Assembly: GCA_013115145.1 (NCBI GenBank)
Contig: JAAPAO010000151.1
Coordinates: forward strand, 1 to 61,667
Direction of reading: 5' to 3'
Length of the DNA: 61,667 nucleotides
From: Perkinsus chesapeaki ATCC PRA-425
Lineage: Eukaryota > Protista > Perkinsozoa
Every line of letters begins with the position of its first letter. The stretch's first letter is position 1. The notes beneath the pieces are model-generated. The model was not told the origin of the DNA, searched no databases, and saw nothing but the letters and a program-made list of their open reading frames with translations. A program made the translations under genes and the position numbers. Shown here one piece after another: positions 23,684 to 37,360 of the stretch.

Positions 23684-25588
23684 CTACCAAGCCAAGTTGA
23701 CATTCCTGCCATCTCGCACCAAATGACTCTTCGGTAACTGCGGTACTCCATCCCCAAGACTGTCAAGAGTGTTCAAGTTGGCCTGCGATCTAGCCAACCA
23801 TGCAATGCCTTGAATGAATTCAACGACATCTATGTTACCCGACCTGGAGAGAATAGGGAACACAAGTGATAGAGTTCGAGCAGCTGATAATGATTCGGGG
23901 CGATTTCGATAGACTATGTAATATACACTAAACAACTCCTGGGTCCGTGAAAAGACGTAAATTCAAAAAAATTATGAAAATTACGTGGCCACTCCAACTA
24001 AATACATACCATGAGGAGTATCTTCGTCAGCCAGATGGATACCCAATAAAATTCCAACCTTATAAATTTTCCCCGCTACGTTCCCCGAGCCCGCTCGCTC
24101 AATATCACCTGTCCCTATCAAATGCTGTAAAAGCGCTAAGATACGTATCTTTAGAAAGTGGAACCCTCTTCGGTGGGTGGCCGCCTGATGCTTCATAAAG
24201 GCCTGAAAAGACGAGAAAAGAGAAAAAGAAAATTGAATAATTTCTATCTGGCCCGTTCATCAGTTCCACAGATCACGAAAAGAATTATTCGGCGACAAAG
24301 CGGGTATGTTCACCGCACTGAGCTTGCAAACATCAACATAGTCGAGTGGGCTCCTGTAGTACGTTTCGTCTCGAGTTCTCGATTATAAGGTTCCGAGAGC
24401 ATTCAAGTATACCCTCCGCGACCCGGCCCGCCGATGCTCTCGATAGGCCGGGATTTTCGTGCAGATTAAAATTCGCTATTTATCCACTGCAGGGCAACTA
24501 ATATAATATTATCCTCGACAGTCGGAGGGATGATATGGAAGTGAGAGATATTAGTTTTATTATCATACTACCTCGAGGAGAAGGCCTCAATCCAGGGAGC
24601 CTGGAAAACACCTTCGCCTTTACTCGATTAAATGTTTCTGAAACCCAGCCAATCGAGCATTGACTGGAACCTAATTCTACTGTGTAAAATAAATTAAGAA
24701 TCGACTATGGACTGGGATAACACTTTGCTATCGTATCGATTGTACGGTAGGAGGAGGGGCGACAGATCTGTCTGTGACTTTCCGTTCATATCTGTCAGCC
24801 TACCCAACCCAGCCAAAACTGCCAAAAACCGCCCAGAATTTTCCTAGAAATTCCGTTTCCTCGCGAGATAGCTACAACGTAGAGCCATTCCAATACTGAT
24901 AGAGATACACTATGAAATTTTCAGAAGTATTAAAAACCTGCGGGATGCCTATTGCACTATATAGCGGAGGAAATTATATAATCGAACACCGCCGCGGGCG
25001 TGGCCTCCAGTATTACTAGAGTACTCCTCGTAATTTATGAAATAGTTGACCAGAGCAAATCCATTGTCAAAGTCGGAGAAGTCGAGCGTCTTCTTTCCTC
25101 TCGCCAAAGAATTGAAAATCGATATCAGATGTTTCATCGTCGCGCGATTGAAACCAGTACCTGACATGTTTTGTATCTTGCACGCTCAGCCTAAAGATAC
25201 TCACGCTGTCTTAAACCAACCACAAACTTCTCGTCATTCCACCAGTCTGGCATCGGGCCTGCCGGCGCTTCATCTGCCCTTGTCGAGATGCACCTCGCTT
25301 GAATTGGCAGCAATGCAGACGTTTGGGGAAGCAACGGTGGAGGCGCGAACTAAGGAGATAAAATGGTTCAATGGAATCTATCCTTAATTCTATTATTTTA
25401 GGATCTATTTACTAAATACGATTTATTTACTAAATAATTACTATACTAAATATGGTATTATAATATAAATATGACGCAATTGATAATTGTCAATGTAACT
25501 TTATTACCGTCGATGATGAAGAGAAGGCATGAGTGACCGGCATGAACCCCCCATTTGTATTGGTTCGTCGAGGCGGATTTGATGCCAT
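23684..25588 (-). CDS. EF-hand calcium-binding protein (NCS/calcineurin-B-like), copy A, multi-exon
   Basis: ATG at 25588 (MASNPPRR). Exons give LRQRTGFNRATMKHLISIFNSL and AFTAFDRDRSGNIDVVEFIQGI. C-terminus homologous to copy B (VRDGRNVNLAW vs VRDGRSIKLAW). Confidence 0.75.
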
Positions 25589-26514
25589 TAGATTATAGAG
25601 GGGAAGGAGGAGGCAGCGGTGATGAGTGGTGAGACGAAGGGGAGAAGAAGACAAAATGGTGGGAAAAGGAGATAATTAAAAACCCAGCTGAAGTGACCTC
25701 AAGCATATCTTGCACGCTTGACCTCAAGATATCTCACTGCTTTCATCGAAAGTAGATTACATGAGGTAAAGCTGAAGCAATCTTCGGATAATATTGAATA
25801 ATTATGATCATTATTCTTACCAATTTTGTATCTTCCGCGCTTGACCTCAAGATAATTTGTTGTACCTGCTAATTTTCATCGATTTCTCGAGATGCCCAGC
25901 AAAATTTGAGATTATCGGTTCTGAAGTGTATCGGATGGGGTTCCTACTCCGACCCAATTTGTATCTTGCACGGTCAATTTCAAGATACCGCCTTCCAACA
26001 AACTGATTTCGAGGCGCGCGCCAAACAAACAGCACAGTATAAAAGTCGTTCGCCCAAAAACCTATTCCATATCTTTTCTGCCAAGTCTTGACCTTCTTTG
26101 ATGCTGAATACTTCTGGAAGTCCTCCACAACAGTTAAGAAATCAACCCATCTCTGGTGAGTCTTTCGATACAATGCAATGGTAAACGGCATAGAGTTCGA
26201 TAATTATCTTCAAGACTTCTTCATTTACTATCAACTTAAACTTCAGTAACTATTCAATATTACTATTAATTATATTGACTAGATTACTACACTTGTGCAA
26301 CATGCTCGTATCCTTCACTCTATAGCTGTCAAACTAGTTTGGCAGAGGTGTAGATAATTATCGAGGTACAAGTAACTTTTAGTGAATTATACCAATCGTG
26401 AAAGCTTCACGATTGGTATAGTTTCACGGTGAAACTAATTCGGATCGTTGTTTTTATTTGCCCGAAAGCCACCACTACTTGGAGAAGTGGCTCGCTTCCC
26501 CATATAGTATTTTG

Positions 26515-27115
26515 TTAGCTTCATTGGCTTGACTCCTGAAGGGTTCTTCAGTCCCAGAATATGTTCCTTGAATCAATCGGGACCATTACTGGTGGTTGAT
26601 CAAAAGATTTCAGGTCTTCTCGAAAGATACCGCATGGAGCTCTCCAAGCTGATTGAGAAAACTATGACGGGGTCAAATAAGGACAGCAAAGAGATTCTGT
26701 TAAGAAAGCTAGAACTGTCGGATGACAGGTTCATGGAAATGATCTTCGCGGAAGAGTTTGGTGAAGAGACTGATCCCATAGCAGCTTTCCGCGACAAGTA
26801 AGCTTCAAAAATTGGGGAAATTTTGAGAAAATCGGGGATTTTTCGCGGAAAATTTCGAGTAAAAGTATCTCGGGAAAAGTGCGTGACATTTTACAACGCT
26901 GATTGGAATGAGAATCATCAGATTCACTGAATGCCAACGATCGGGAAAACTGATATTTTTGTGGGAGGTTTTGATGATCCCCTATGACTTCTGGAATTTA
27001 TACCACTGTTGATCATTGCTGAAAACTGAGTACAGATTTTCAGATACGTTGCCTCGAAGGAACCGTTACGAGTGGAAAATGCCGGGCGAGGTGGTGACGG
27101 GTCGCCGGACAGGAA
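26515..27115 (+). CDS. Exons of a hypothetical protein
   Basis: Protein-like frame 26529-26798 (helical, E/K/L-rich) ends at a GTAAG donor followed by an A/T-tract intron. Remaining exons unresolved. Confidence 0.35.
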
Positions 27116-30100
27116 GGTGAGCATTCCAGAAGGGCATTGTTACTAGGGAGGCAGTGATCAGACTATGTGCACCATCTCATTAGGGGAATCGTAGTCGTAA
27201 CATAACTGTCATAGATTGGGCTCATAGTTAGTCACGAGATAGGTCAGGGAAGAGAGTGAGCAATGGGTAGAATATCACGAGTAAAGAAAGCTAGTAATAC
27301 CGCGGTACAACACCTGTGCGGTAGACAGGGATTGTGTCGGGAGTTATATAGTGTAGTTGTTAGGCCAGACAGAGGAGGTTGGTCATTTGAAATTCGTTTC
27401 GGTTTGGGGGGCATATTTGTAGCAATGATTCCATGACACATCATTCAGATTGTGAACCTGTGAGGCTAGGTAGCTCCCGGAGGAGGGGCATGTATTCGTG
27501 CGGAGTTTTAATCGATTATCGGAAGAATGATAGAAGCTTGGTGATAAATCTCGGATAAGCCTCTGAAGTCCTACACATATTATTGATGTTTTATGGACAA
27601 CGCGGGGCGGATAAAGCGTTCTGATTTCCAGTTTTATAATATCCTGACTCATCAAAAAAGATATCTGAGGAAGTTGAATTCCCGAGTCCTGAACGCTGAG
27701 AATCCCTGAGTTATACACTGCGCGTCAAATTCTTATCTTAAAATTTCGATATCGTATCACTCACCGTGCGCTCAGAATTTTGTTAGTATAACTGATGTTA
27801 TTGATGTACACACATGCTTCCAGTGAGATACTCACATGCGTACCGGATATATCGGAAAAGTAGCTTCTCAGCGCGCGACAAATTCTTATGTGTATACCAT
27901 GTGCAAAAAGTTTGTTCACAAATGGAAAGCTTGCAAAAGCAAGTAAAATATATAGTGATAGGACGTATAAGTTGTTGATATATGAGATGCGCTGGACGAG
28001 CTTCAAGCTTAGCTAAGGCGAGGGGGACAGTTATTGTGTCACAAGCTATCAGCTAAGTGTGTGCGGGCAATCAAAGCCTTCGCCCACGAAGGCCTATCCT
28101 CAGGCGCTTTCATGTCGCCGTCGATCGGAGCCCAGAATCATAGATTCCCAAGTTAAAAGCGAAAGACTGCGATCGCTGCATGACAGACATGCCAAATTCA
28201 TCGCTTCCACGAGTAGGTCGATGACAGGCATATAACGGGTATCTTTTTGGGTACTTCTGTTGAGTTAAGACAACTAGTTCGGCTTGGGGAAATGGAAATT
28301 AGGGAAATTTCAATGATGGCGTATTACTTTGTAATTTGATCCCAAACACTCGTTGGCAGGGATAGTAATTGTGTCTTGAATCATTTCAAATGACCAATTG
28401 CGTATTGGAAAAAGTATACCTTTACAAATGACTCATTTGTATAGGTACACTTTTTCCCTTTTTATTAGTTACATAAAGAAGTTATGCGGAGTGTTATTCG
28501 CATGGCGTCAAAAAGGGTTGGTTTAATGTATTCTATCCGCATTTATATCATTACGAGGATCTCCAGACACTTTGAAGTGGATTTGGTGTGATTCTTGAAG
28601 AGCTTGTCTAACTCAAAGCGTTATGAAATTAGAACGAATTCGCAGATTGCCTTTGCGAATTCGAATGAGTGCAAGGTGGAAAAATGATTACAACGAAACT
28701 CGAGTTTCGGTTGTCCACCAAGATCACTCGTTACATACATAAAGTTGGTGCACAATTTGCGCTGTAGTGCTTCAAGGTTTGTGCTGCACAAACCTTGGAG
28801 CAGTTGAAACGGTCCGAGGCTCCAAGGGATGAAGGCCCAGAGGTCCCAAGCCTCTAAGGAGCGACGTGAAAGGCCGAGGTCTTCGATCAGAGGGACGTGT
28901 CTGTAGCAATCATGACAAAACTATAGGCAATGAGATTGTTGTATTGTGCTCTGATCGTCACTAAAGGCCATTTCAATTGGCCCACAAACCATCTTCCGAG
29001 GTCGATTGAGAAAGTTGCCTCTATATTAGCTTTTTTCATCATGCCGGGTGTAAGCGTTGCGGCCATAGCACGGCTTCAGCTCTCTACAGAGCATTATTCT
29101 GATCCGGTAAGTGTTCAACCTTCAAATGTGCTGTGTTGGAAGAAGTTCTGTTGGTTTTTGAGTTGTGGAATTTTCTAAAAACAGAAATCTTCATAGCGAA
29201 GGTTCTGCAATCTACATAGACGAAAATGTTGTTGAGGTTGAAAGTGCAGGGAGAAATCAGGCAACTTTACAAAAGCTTCGCGATGAGTATCGAAAGACGA
29301 AGGGTGCCGCACGAGCCGCTCCTGGGCTTATTGCTCAACGGACTAGTCCAAATTTGAACTCGTCAAGATCGATTAAGGTGAATGCTTGCTTGCGGTTGAA
29401 AGGGCCAGAGTGTTGGTCTCAGAGGATGTCGACTGGTGTGTCGAGCAGGTCGGCGCCTGAGAGGTAAGAGAGGGTTTGTAGTTCACTGTTTAGTGTTGGA
29501 TCGATGCTGCTAGTAGCTGAATCATTCACAATACTAATAATATGATCAGTGCAGTAGTTGTTATACTGGTATAAGTATATTATATCAAATATAGTGTATT
29601 AAGTATTAGCGGTTTTCGTAGTTCCCAATATAACCCTTAGCTATCGCTGTTTTCTTGACTCTGTCAGCATTCCATTTATGAACTCCATTATCGGATGCTT
29701 CAGTCAGGCCAGACGGAAGGAATGCAGTTTCGTGTTTCCGTCTGGTCTACGAGCATATTTTCTAGCACAGTGTTCTTCCGCATTGGAAGCACTTTCCAAT
29801 GGGATTGTGTGAGGACCCGCATGAATGAAACTTTCGGTGAGAGTTCGGGGAACTTTCAAAATAGTAAGAACTAATTCTCTGATCGTTTAAAGTTTCGAAA
29901 CATTCCTCTATAAGACATTTTCCTACCGAAGACAGAAGCGTAGTTTTTCACACAACCCGAGTACTTCTTTAATGCCCCTCTAGAACTTCTCTTGACATGC
30001 CGCTTAGGTCCCGGTCAAACGAAGCGACGCAACATTCCAAAACGAGTCGGCGTCGTCATCGGAACGCGATAGCAGAGTCACCGAGGACTGTGAGAGCGCT

Positions 30101-33100
30101 TGTCGTGAGCGCCTCGGCCTCAGACTGGCGGGAACAGTTTATGGAGGTGGTCTCATACGGACATCCACGTCTGGCTTTGCAACTGATCATGGAGTCATCT
30201 TTCCCCTTCATCCGGAAGAATTCTTTGGTTTTACGCATGCTGAATGTCGGAATTGGAAAGCATCTATCTGCGGCTTAATCTCACCGGGGGAAAAATCATT
30301 AAGGGCAAATTCTCCGCAAATTCCTGGCGCTCGTGTATGGGGTCCCGGCAGGTGAAAAGAGCTCAGTGGCTTGAAAACTTCAGTGCTTACAGGTCTCAAG
30401 CTAGAGAGAAAATTATAGAGAAACACCAAGTAGCTGCGTTGGAAAACCACTTGATCATCAATCATTGATGCGTCTTTGTTCACTAGAATTATATTTCCTA
30501 TCAAACTTCTTTCTATAACATCTCCATACTGCTAAGAGCACTTCTGGGCTTTCAAGAAACATGTGTTTATGAGGTTGCTTGGATACCTGACTACGGGCAA
30601 TTTTCGTATCGACTCATCTCAGGAAATCAGAGAACATCCGCGAACGCCAGAGCTTGACGATGCGATTTATAAACTGTTCAGAGCCCTCGCGAGCACCCTC
30701 CACAATGCGATTACCAAGAAAACATTTTCAAGGTGAAGGTCGTGGGAACGCTTTGGACGCGTGGTGATTAAGTTAGTATTGGATATTCTGGCACCTGGAA
30801 TCCGGGGACGCGTTTCCCCAAATGTTCGGGGAATCTTTGAGTCGATGATTCGGAGGATCAACGACTTTAACCATCGAGAAACACGTTCGTATGGAGCAGA
30901 TGCTAATAGCACTCAACGCTATGATTGCGCGAGCTGGCGTGCTGGTCAGATTCCTGCGACCGTTGTTGAAGTCGCATGACGGGACGAACATCGACGCCGC
31001 CGGCTCATCGGAGCGTCGTAGCACATCCCTAGTTAAAAGACGCGTGCAGGAGGGTGGACCGAGACCTATGGGGGTAAAGGGCCGTCGGCGGCGCCACTTC
31101 GGTAGCAGCAGCGTTCATCTAAGGTTCTTGACCGCCTCTTCACACTTTTCGACGCCAGCGAATATGGCAGCATCTGTCAGTATGATTTTGTCTCGACCAT
31201 AGAATTGTTTTGGAAGGTAAAGTCATTGGGAAGTCCGACTCGGAATCTTTGGGGCTGTCGCGATGAAGAAGAGTAACGAAAGATTGATTACGATTTTCTC
31301 ACCGGTCGGTGGTGGTGGTTCAATATAACTGTAGAATCGGTAATTTGAGCTCAAGACTTGAACTTCAAGTGGCTTGCTAGAATCTATAAGCCTGCGAAGT
31401 ACAAAAGAAACCAGTTTTCTATTTGTCCAATATTCTCTCTGATTTTCTATTGGCCCGTTCAATAGGGTCCTGTTGATGCCCAGCTGCGCTGTGCCTTCCA
31501 CGTTTATCGGCTGTCGAACAGTCACCGGTACGTCCGAGGCAGGTCGGTTGAAGTGGTTACACGAGAAGATCTTGTAAGCATATCTTAGCTTCATGCGAGG
31601 TTTGAACACGCCTCAGTTTCGCTTGATTAAGCTGGATGCACCTGACTGTGTGTGGATGACCGGCGACATCCGCGGACTCTTGAAGATCTTCTGTTCAAGA
31701 GCAGACGAGTGTCTAGAACGTAAAAATCCAAATCGATTACGCGATCGATTCTGTGTCTCTCAGGCGGCTTGCGATATGGTTCGTCAGTTCAAGGTCTTTG
31801 GGAGGCACAAACGCTACATCCTAGATTCAATCAAAACAACGTAACCATACGACGACTGAACCGCACGGAGCTGACCTCTTTAGATTTTCCTGTATGATGA
31901 CGAGGAAGTCGAGAAGGATGACACTCGAAAGTTCATAGACGACTTAATCCAGCGAATCTCTGAGGAGGACGGATACAACTTAACAAGTGGCGCAAGTACG
32001 AGAAGTCACCATTTCTCTTGAATGCCGGATGATACCGTCGATGACAAGTTGTGAAACGGTCGATCGATGGCGGCCGTAAACGGTTCACGACGAAGAAAGG
32101 GGAGTCCGCTTGGGGGGACGCCTGCCTTTATGCGTTAATGCGTTAAACTATAACATTCTAGCATGCATCTTAAAAGCGATTCATCCACCTCTCCTCTATT
32201 TGAGTATCTACTCTGGCTCATATTTGGCACTAGCCAAATCTCCGGTTATAAATGTCACTCTGGGAAAATTCGTCGGAAGTTCACTCGGCAGCACACGTCG
32301 ACTTCACGCGCGTACTTATATCATACAATGCATACGAATACGAATATCTCAACAATGTCGAGCTACCACCATGATTGCTTCTTCTCTGTACAGCCTGCTT
32401 TTGATTGGTATTATACAGTAACATTCAGTGATACATCTAAAATAAATCTTTTTTGGTATATATGGTATGCTGGGCGAGTCTGACCCAATCGGATAATTAT
32501 ACAGTAAAGATCGGACCCGGTCAGGTCTCTATTGTACAATTAGCATTTTCTGAGCGAACCGAGTTCAGGTCCTATTCGCGACTATATAACGTTCGACGAG
32601 TTCAGATCGACGGCGCGAGCGTGCTCGTTATCAAAATTCTTTGATCACTTGGTAAGTTCCGTGAGGCGATGTAAACGCATAATTATCGGCATCAGATTTC
32701 TTGCTCCAACCTACCAAAGCGGAGATCCGCATGCAAGTGATGATTGCCTTCATCCAGGCTACTATGCTGCCTTGTGTTCTCCAGTAGGTTACTCCTGACC
32801 TGGCCATCAGGGAATTACTCGCTCTTTGAAGGAATAAGTATAAAGGAACTTCCACACGCCTTCTGTTTGTCCTCACAACCGCGAACGAAGGGGACGAACT
32901 TGCACGCCTCGCAAGCGGCGCGGGCGCCAGCAGCTTCTGATGGCCCAACGAGGATGGAGCACAGTAAAGTGTAGCACAGATAACGAATCATTTACCGGGC
33001 AATACAAGAGCATGACTTAAAATTAGAGATACGAAACAACTCGACCATGGCGATAAAAGCAAATAAACTCCCTTAAGACGTTTTAAGAGTCTTAAAACAA

Positions 33101-35591
33101 GTGATGAGCGGCTGGAGGGTGAAGTACAACTTGCCAAGTTGACTATAGAACAGGAATAGCCGCGAGTAGCGCGACCCGGGACTGAGCCAGGCTGTACTTC
33201 ATATATCCTGAATTCCCGGGCAAGGACAACGTTTGTATATGCGTGCAAGTTGGGGGACAATTCGTTGTGTCACGTTGTTAAAGCTTGTATTACTTGACGG
33301 TTTGTGAGACAAAAAATGAACTTGTTGCGCGATATTGTACTGAATCCCCTGGTTCTTTATTGCATCCCGATCTATTTCGCATATACTGTAACACTGGAAG
33401 GACCATCTGCTGTAACATCACCGACATCAGATCATACAACCAAAGTGTGTTAACGGTGATGGTTAGTTAAGAATGTCGCAAAAGGAGGGCCCTACAAGGT
33501 AGGGTTACCAAGTTCCGGCTCGTTCCTTGCATGGGAATGTGCATCAATTCACTTAGTTGAAAAACGAGAACCTCATGAAAGGTTCGCGGTGAGTCCGTGT
33601 TGCGACTCGCAGTGTATAGCTCATCGTACGCATGTCCATGTACCGGCAAACATTGCCTGACAATGGAAATGCTCAAGCAGAGCTCCGTGGCGCAAAGCCG
33701 CTCCGTTTCCGTAACCTGCTGAATGCAAGCTCGCATTCTGCTCGATTTCCCATTTTTTCCCAAAAGAAATTGAATTTAGAGAAGAAATTCTCTTTGGAGA
33801 GATTGGTCACCGTGCAAAGCTTGCAGTTTAAGCCTTGCTAAACCGAATCCAGGTATGATTCGAGGCCATAATGTACGTCGTTTAATAAACGACACATGAT
33901 ACCACATTATAGTATCATGTGGTAGCGAATGATGGTCGCAAATTGTGCGATGAGTACCAAACTGTATGGTTTCACGCACTCCTGAAACGCGAATGTATAG
34001 ACCATACGTTCGCGTTTCACAAACGGCTTTACAGTAGTTACAGACTCTAACTTACAGTAAGGAACGCAGTTTCTTACTTTCACTCGATAAGACCATAATA
34101 GCAATATACATGCTGTTGTCAAAGAGCGAAGAGCGAGCCTATTGTCATGAAAGCGAAGGTCCGCATGTTGATTACCGGCTTATCCAAATCTTGTGCGGAC
34201 TGCGAGTTTCTCGAATTCGTAGGCTGTGGCCGAACCAATAGGCACATAACATCGCGCGAACAATTCGAGACTAGAGTCCAACTAAAAGCACGTAAGAGTA
34301 TCTGCATTCCGCCGAGGCCCTCTGGCAGAAACTACCTGAGCAGGTCGCCCCCAAGCGGGAACTTTATGGACAAATTGTGGTATTGTTTGGCGCGTGACTT
34401 GTCACGGTGAGAAGCTCCAAACTCGGATGTGTCGATGTCATCTGAATGATAACAAGTGATCGAGAAAGGGAAAGATTAGGAGAATCTCTGAAAAGTCCAA
34501 TCCTCCGTTTTTATATTCTGATTAGGGGACCTAATACTGATCACAAACTCACTGTTCCAGGTCCTAATTTAGGGCCTGGAACAGTGAGCTTGTGGCGCCT
34601 TCAAGTCGTGCTTCGCTCGCGGATATTCGTTGCGTTACGTACTTTAAGTAGTCAGAAAACTCTGTGGGGCAGTTTTGGGATATGTACGTACGATATATAC
34701 TTAAACAGCTGACAACGCACCTTTACAATACAGCACACGAATACTAATACAATAATAATATCACACGCCGAACAGTCGCGACTTGCAAATTCTTCCTGGG
34801 TTTCGGTCGGGGAGGGGTCAGGTCACCTGACGGGATTTAGTCTTTGAAACTGGGCACAGAGAGTGTGCTGGGTACACTGTGCCTTGGTTTTGTAACTTAC
34901 AAATTGTAAGCCGTTTCGATTAAACGGTATCAGTCGTAACGCTCACCAGGCTATTAGGTATGATGAACAACTTGACTAAATATTCGGTATTGCTAGCTCA
35001 AAGTTGTGCCTGACTACGATGCGGCCGTTTAGCGAGTCAAAGCATTTCCCCCAGATTACAGTCGCTCCCAGCTTGTGCACATCTTGCACTGCACAAGCTG
35101 GGAGCGATTGCCGATTACAATGCAATCGATTGCATATGATTAATGATTAATCATTACATAGAAAGCATTGGCAGTCAGAAAGATCAGATTTCCTGCGGAT
35201 CAGCTGTTTGTTGTGTGACGATGGCAATAAAACGATGCAACAGTGGCATCGTGCGTTCCATTGCTCGGCGCTCAGTCGAAAACAATTCATTCTCTTCGTA
35301 GTACGAAGTCCGTACAGTTTGCACGTATAAATTTGACAATGATATGCGAATATTATTCTTATTGCAACGCAAGGCAGGAACACTTCTCTGAGATTGAGTC
35401 AATAAGACGGAGATGAAAGAGGAGACAAGGGGATCTTCCAACAGACTATAACATTGTCCGATACCCGCAGTCTCTATCATAATGCTATCGAGGCACGCGC
35501 CATGTCAAGGTTCACCAACAAAAGGGCACGGCATAAAGTCTTAATAGTTACTATAAACTAAATATGACAATAACCTGAGTCATTATCGTAG

Positions 35592-35903
35592 CTACTCTTC
35601 GAGGGAGGATGGGCACTTAGTGGTCTTCGGACGACAGCATGGGCAGCCTAGACCGCCGCAAGCCTTTATGTCGCCCGGGCAGCTGGGCGTGATGAACGGC
35701 AGGTAGCAGCTCTTGCACTTATCGCATTTGACCTCTTCGCAGCACGGACAATTCTTGCCACCACACTGAGTTGTTTCATCACGGCAGCGTGGCACGAACT
35801 GAGCATATTTGCAGACTTCGCATATAAAGCAACTGTCCTTCTTATTAGCCTCGGCGAGCCCCATGAGCATGAAGCAGAAGACGGCATAGATATAACGCAT
35901 CAT
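35592..35903 (-). CDS. Small secreted cysteine-rich protein with two internal Cys repeats
   Basis: Signal-like MMRYIYAVFCFMLMGLAEA, then two units of C-x2-C-x2-C-x8-C-x6-CGG-x2-CPCC. Intronless, ends TAG. Confidence 0.8.
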   Translation of the reverse strand: MMRYIYAVFCFMLMGLAEANKKDSCFICEVCKYAQFVPRCRDETTQCGGKNCPCCEEVKCDKCKSCYLPFITPSCPGDIKACGGLGCPCCRPKTTKCPSSLEE

Positions 35904-37360
35904 TTATTGACCTTATAAAGAAGATCTGAAAGACGAGCCGAAGTTTATGCGATATATTCAACGAAGGCTTACAAGCTTGTGTTGAGTACACAACAAGAGT
36001 GTTGTGCAGCTGCGGGGTAAGGTGTACGCAGCTCACATCGATAAGACTATGGCGCGTGGATCCTACGGAGCGGCGCCAACCTTTGCGTTTCATGTCTACG
36101 AACAGAATGAGACTAATCGGAGATCCGAGAATTCCACCAGAATTAGACATAGTTTGACTTCCTCGCATAGAAGTGAACACTTTGCTGTGAGATACTTATC
36201 ACTGTATCGTAGAAACTGGAACACAGGTGTAGATCTTGGACTAGCAAAACCTAGGCCTCCAGTGGAGTTGTACCACGTGCTCCACATAATAAAGTGTATA
36301 GTCATACCTATAACCCATATCCTCCTTATGTTGACTCCAGATTTACTTGGATCTAGTGGCGCATTGTTTGCCACTAAATGATTCAGCCTCGAGGGGCTGA
36401 TTCAGAGTAATACTCTCGCACTAATTGTTCGCGGAAGGATACCACTTCCAGTGATCTCATAGACGCGCCTCGGCGCACGTGTATTCTCGCCGTGAACTCC
36501 GCAAATATGTCATGGCCGAAGTTTCATGCACGGTGGAATCAAATTTTCTAGGCTTTATACTATGGACTCCATAGTAGAGTATCTATATGAGCGAGAGCCC
36601 TTAGTATAAGTTCGTCGGCTTTTCCTTTTTCTCAACATGGCGCGGTAGCCTTGTCGCTGATTGTAAATTGCTTGCTGAGACCTTATTTTTACCAAGTAAG
36701 AAGTACCTTTCTTCTTTTCCACGCGAAAGCCGCCTCGCGTGAACCAGTTTTTCACCCAAATCAGGTGGAACTCCAATGGGTATGTGGAAACACCGTCCAA
36801 ATTGGTAGTGTGTTAACCACAAAAGCGCCACTGACATATCCCCTATGCCAAACCCGCTCGAGCCAAGCGCGGCTAATCTGCGGACCACAGATCTATAGTC
36901 TTCGGACCACAGAATATATAGCTGCTTCTAAACGCACTGGGTCAAAGTCACGTACTCTTCTCTACAGCGTTTAGCTCTTCCTTACAGTTCGACTCAACCC
37001 TAAGCCATAGTTGAAACTTTGAAGGAATTGATCGCAGTCTACAATTTTAGTGACTAAAATTTAGTCTCTGGAAACGAGCAGTGCATTGCTGAGGGAGGCA
37101 GAGGATCATTAACTCAAAGGCTATCATTTGTACATAGTGGGAGTGAGAGCGTTCCGAACGCTCTTATTCCCCCTCCAACGCTGCGTTTGCCTTGGTGCTC
37201 ACAATGTTCCACAATAATAACAAGTATACTCATGGTTTAAGGAAGGTATAGGGAATCCCCAGAGCTCCCTGCTCGGGTGCATTCTGTGGACGCCCATACA
37301 TTGATCGATTATAGCATATTTTCCGACTAAACCAGGTTAAGCAGCTTGACTATAGCTGTC

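Noticed and set aside
28900-33000. Decayed LINE or transposase
   Set aside because: Frames look protein-like but no RT, endonuclease or DDE motif could be identified.
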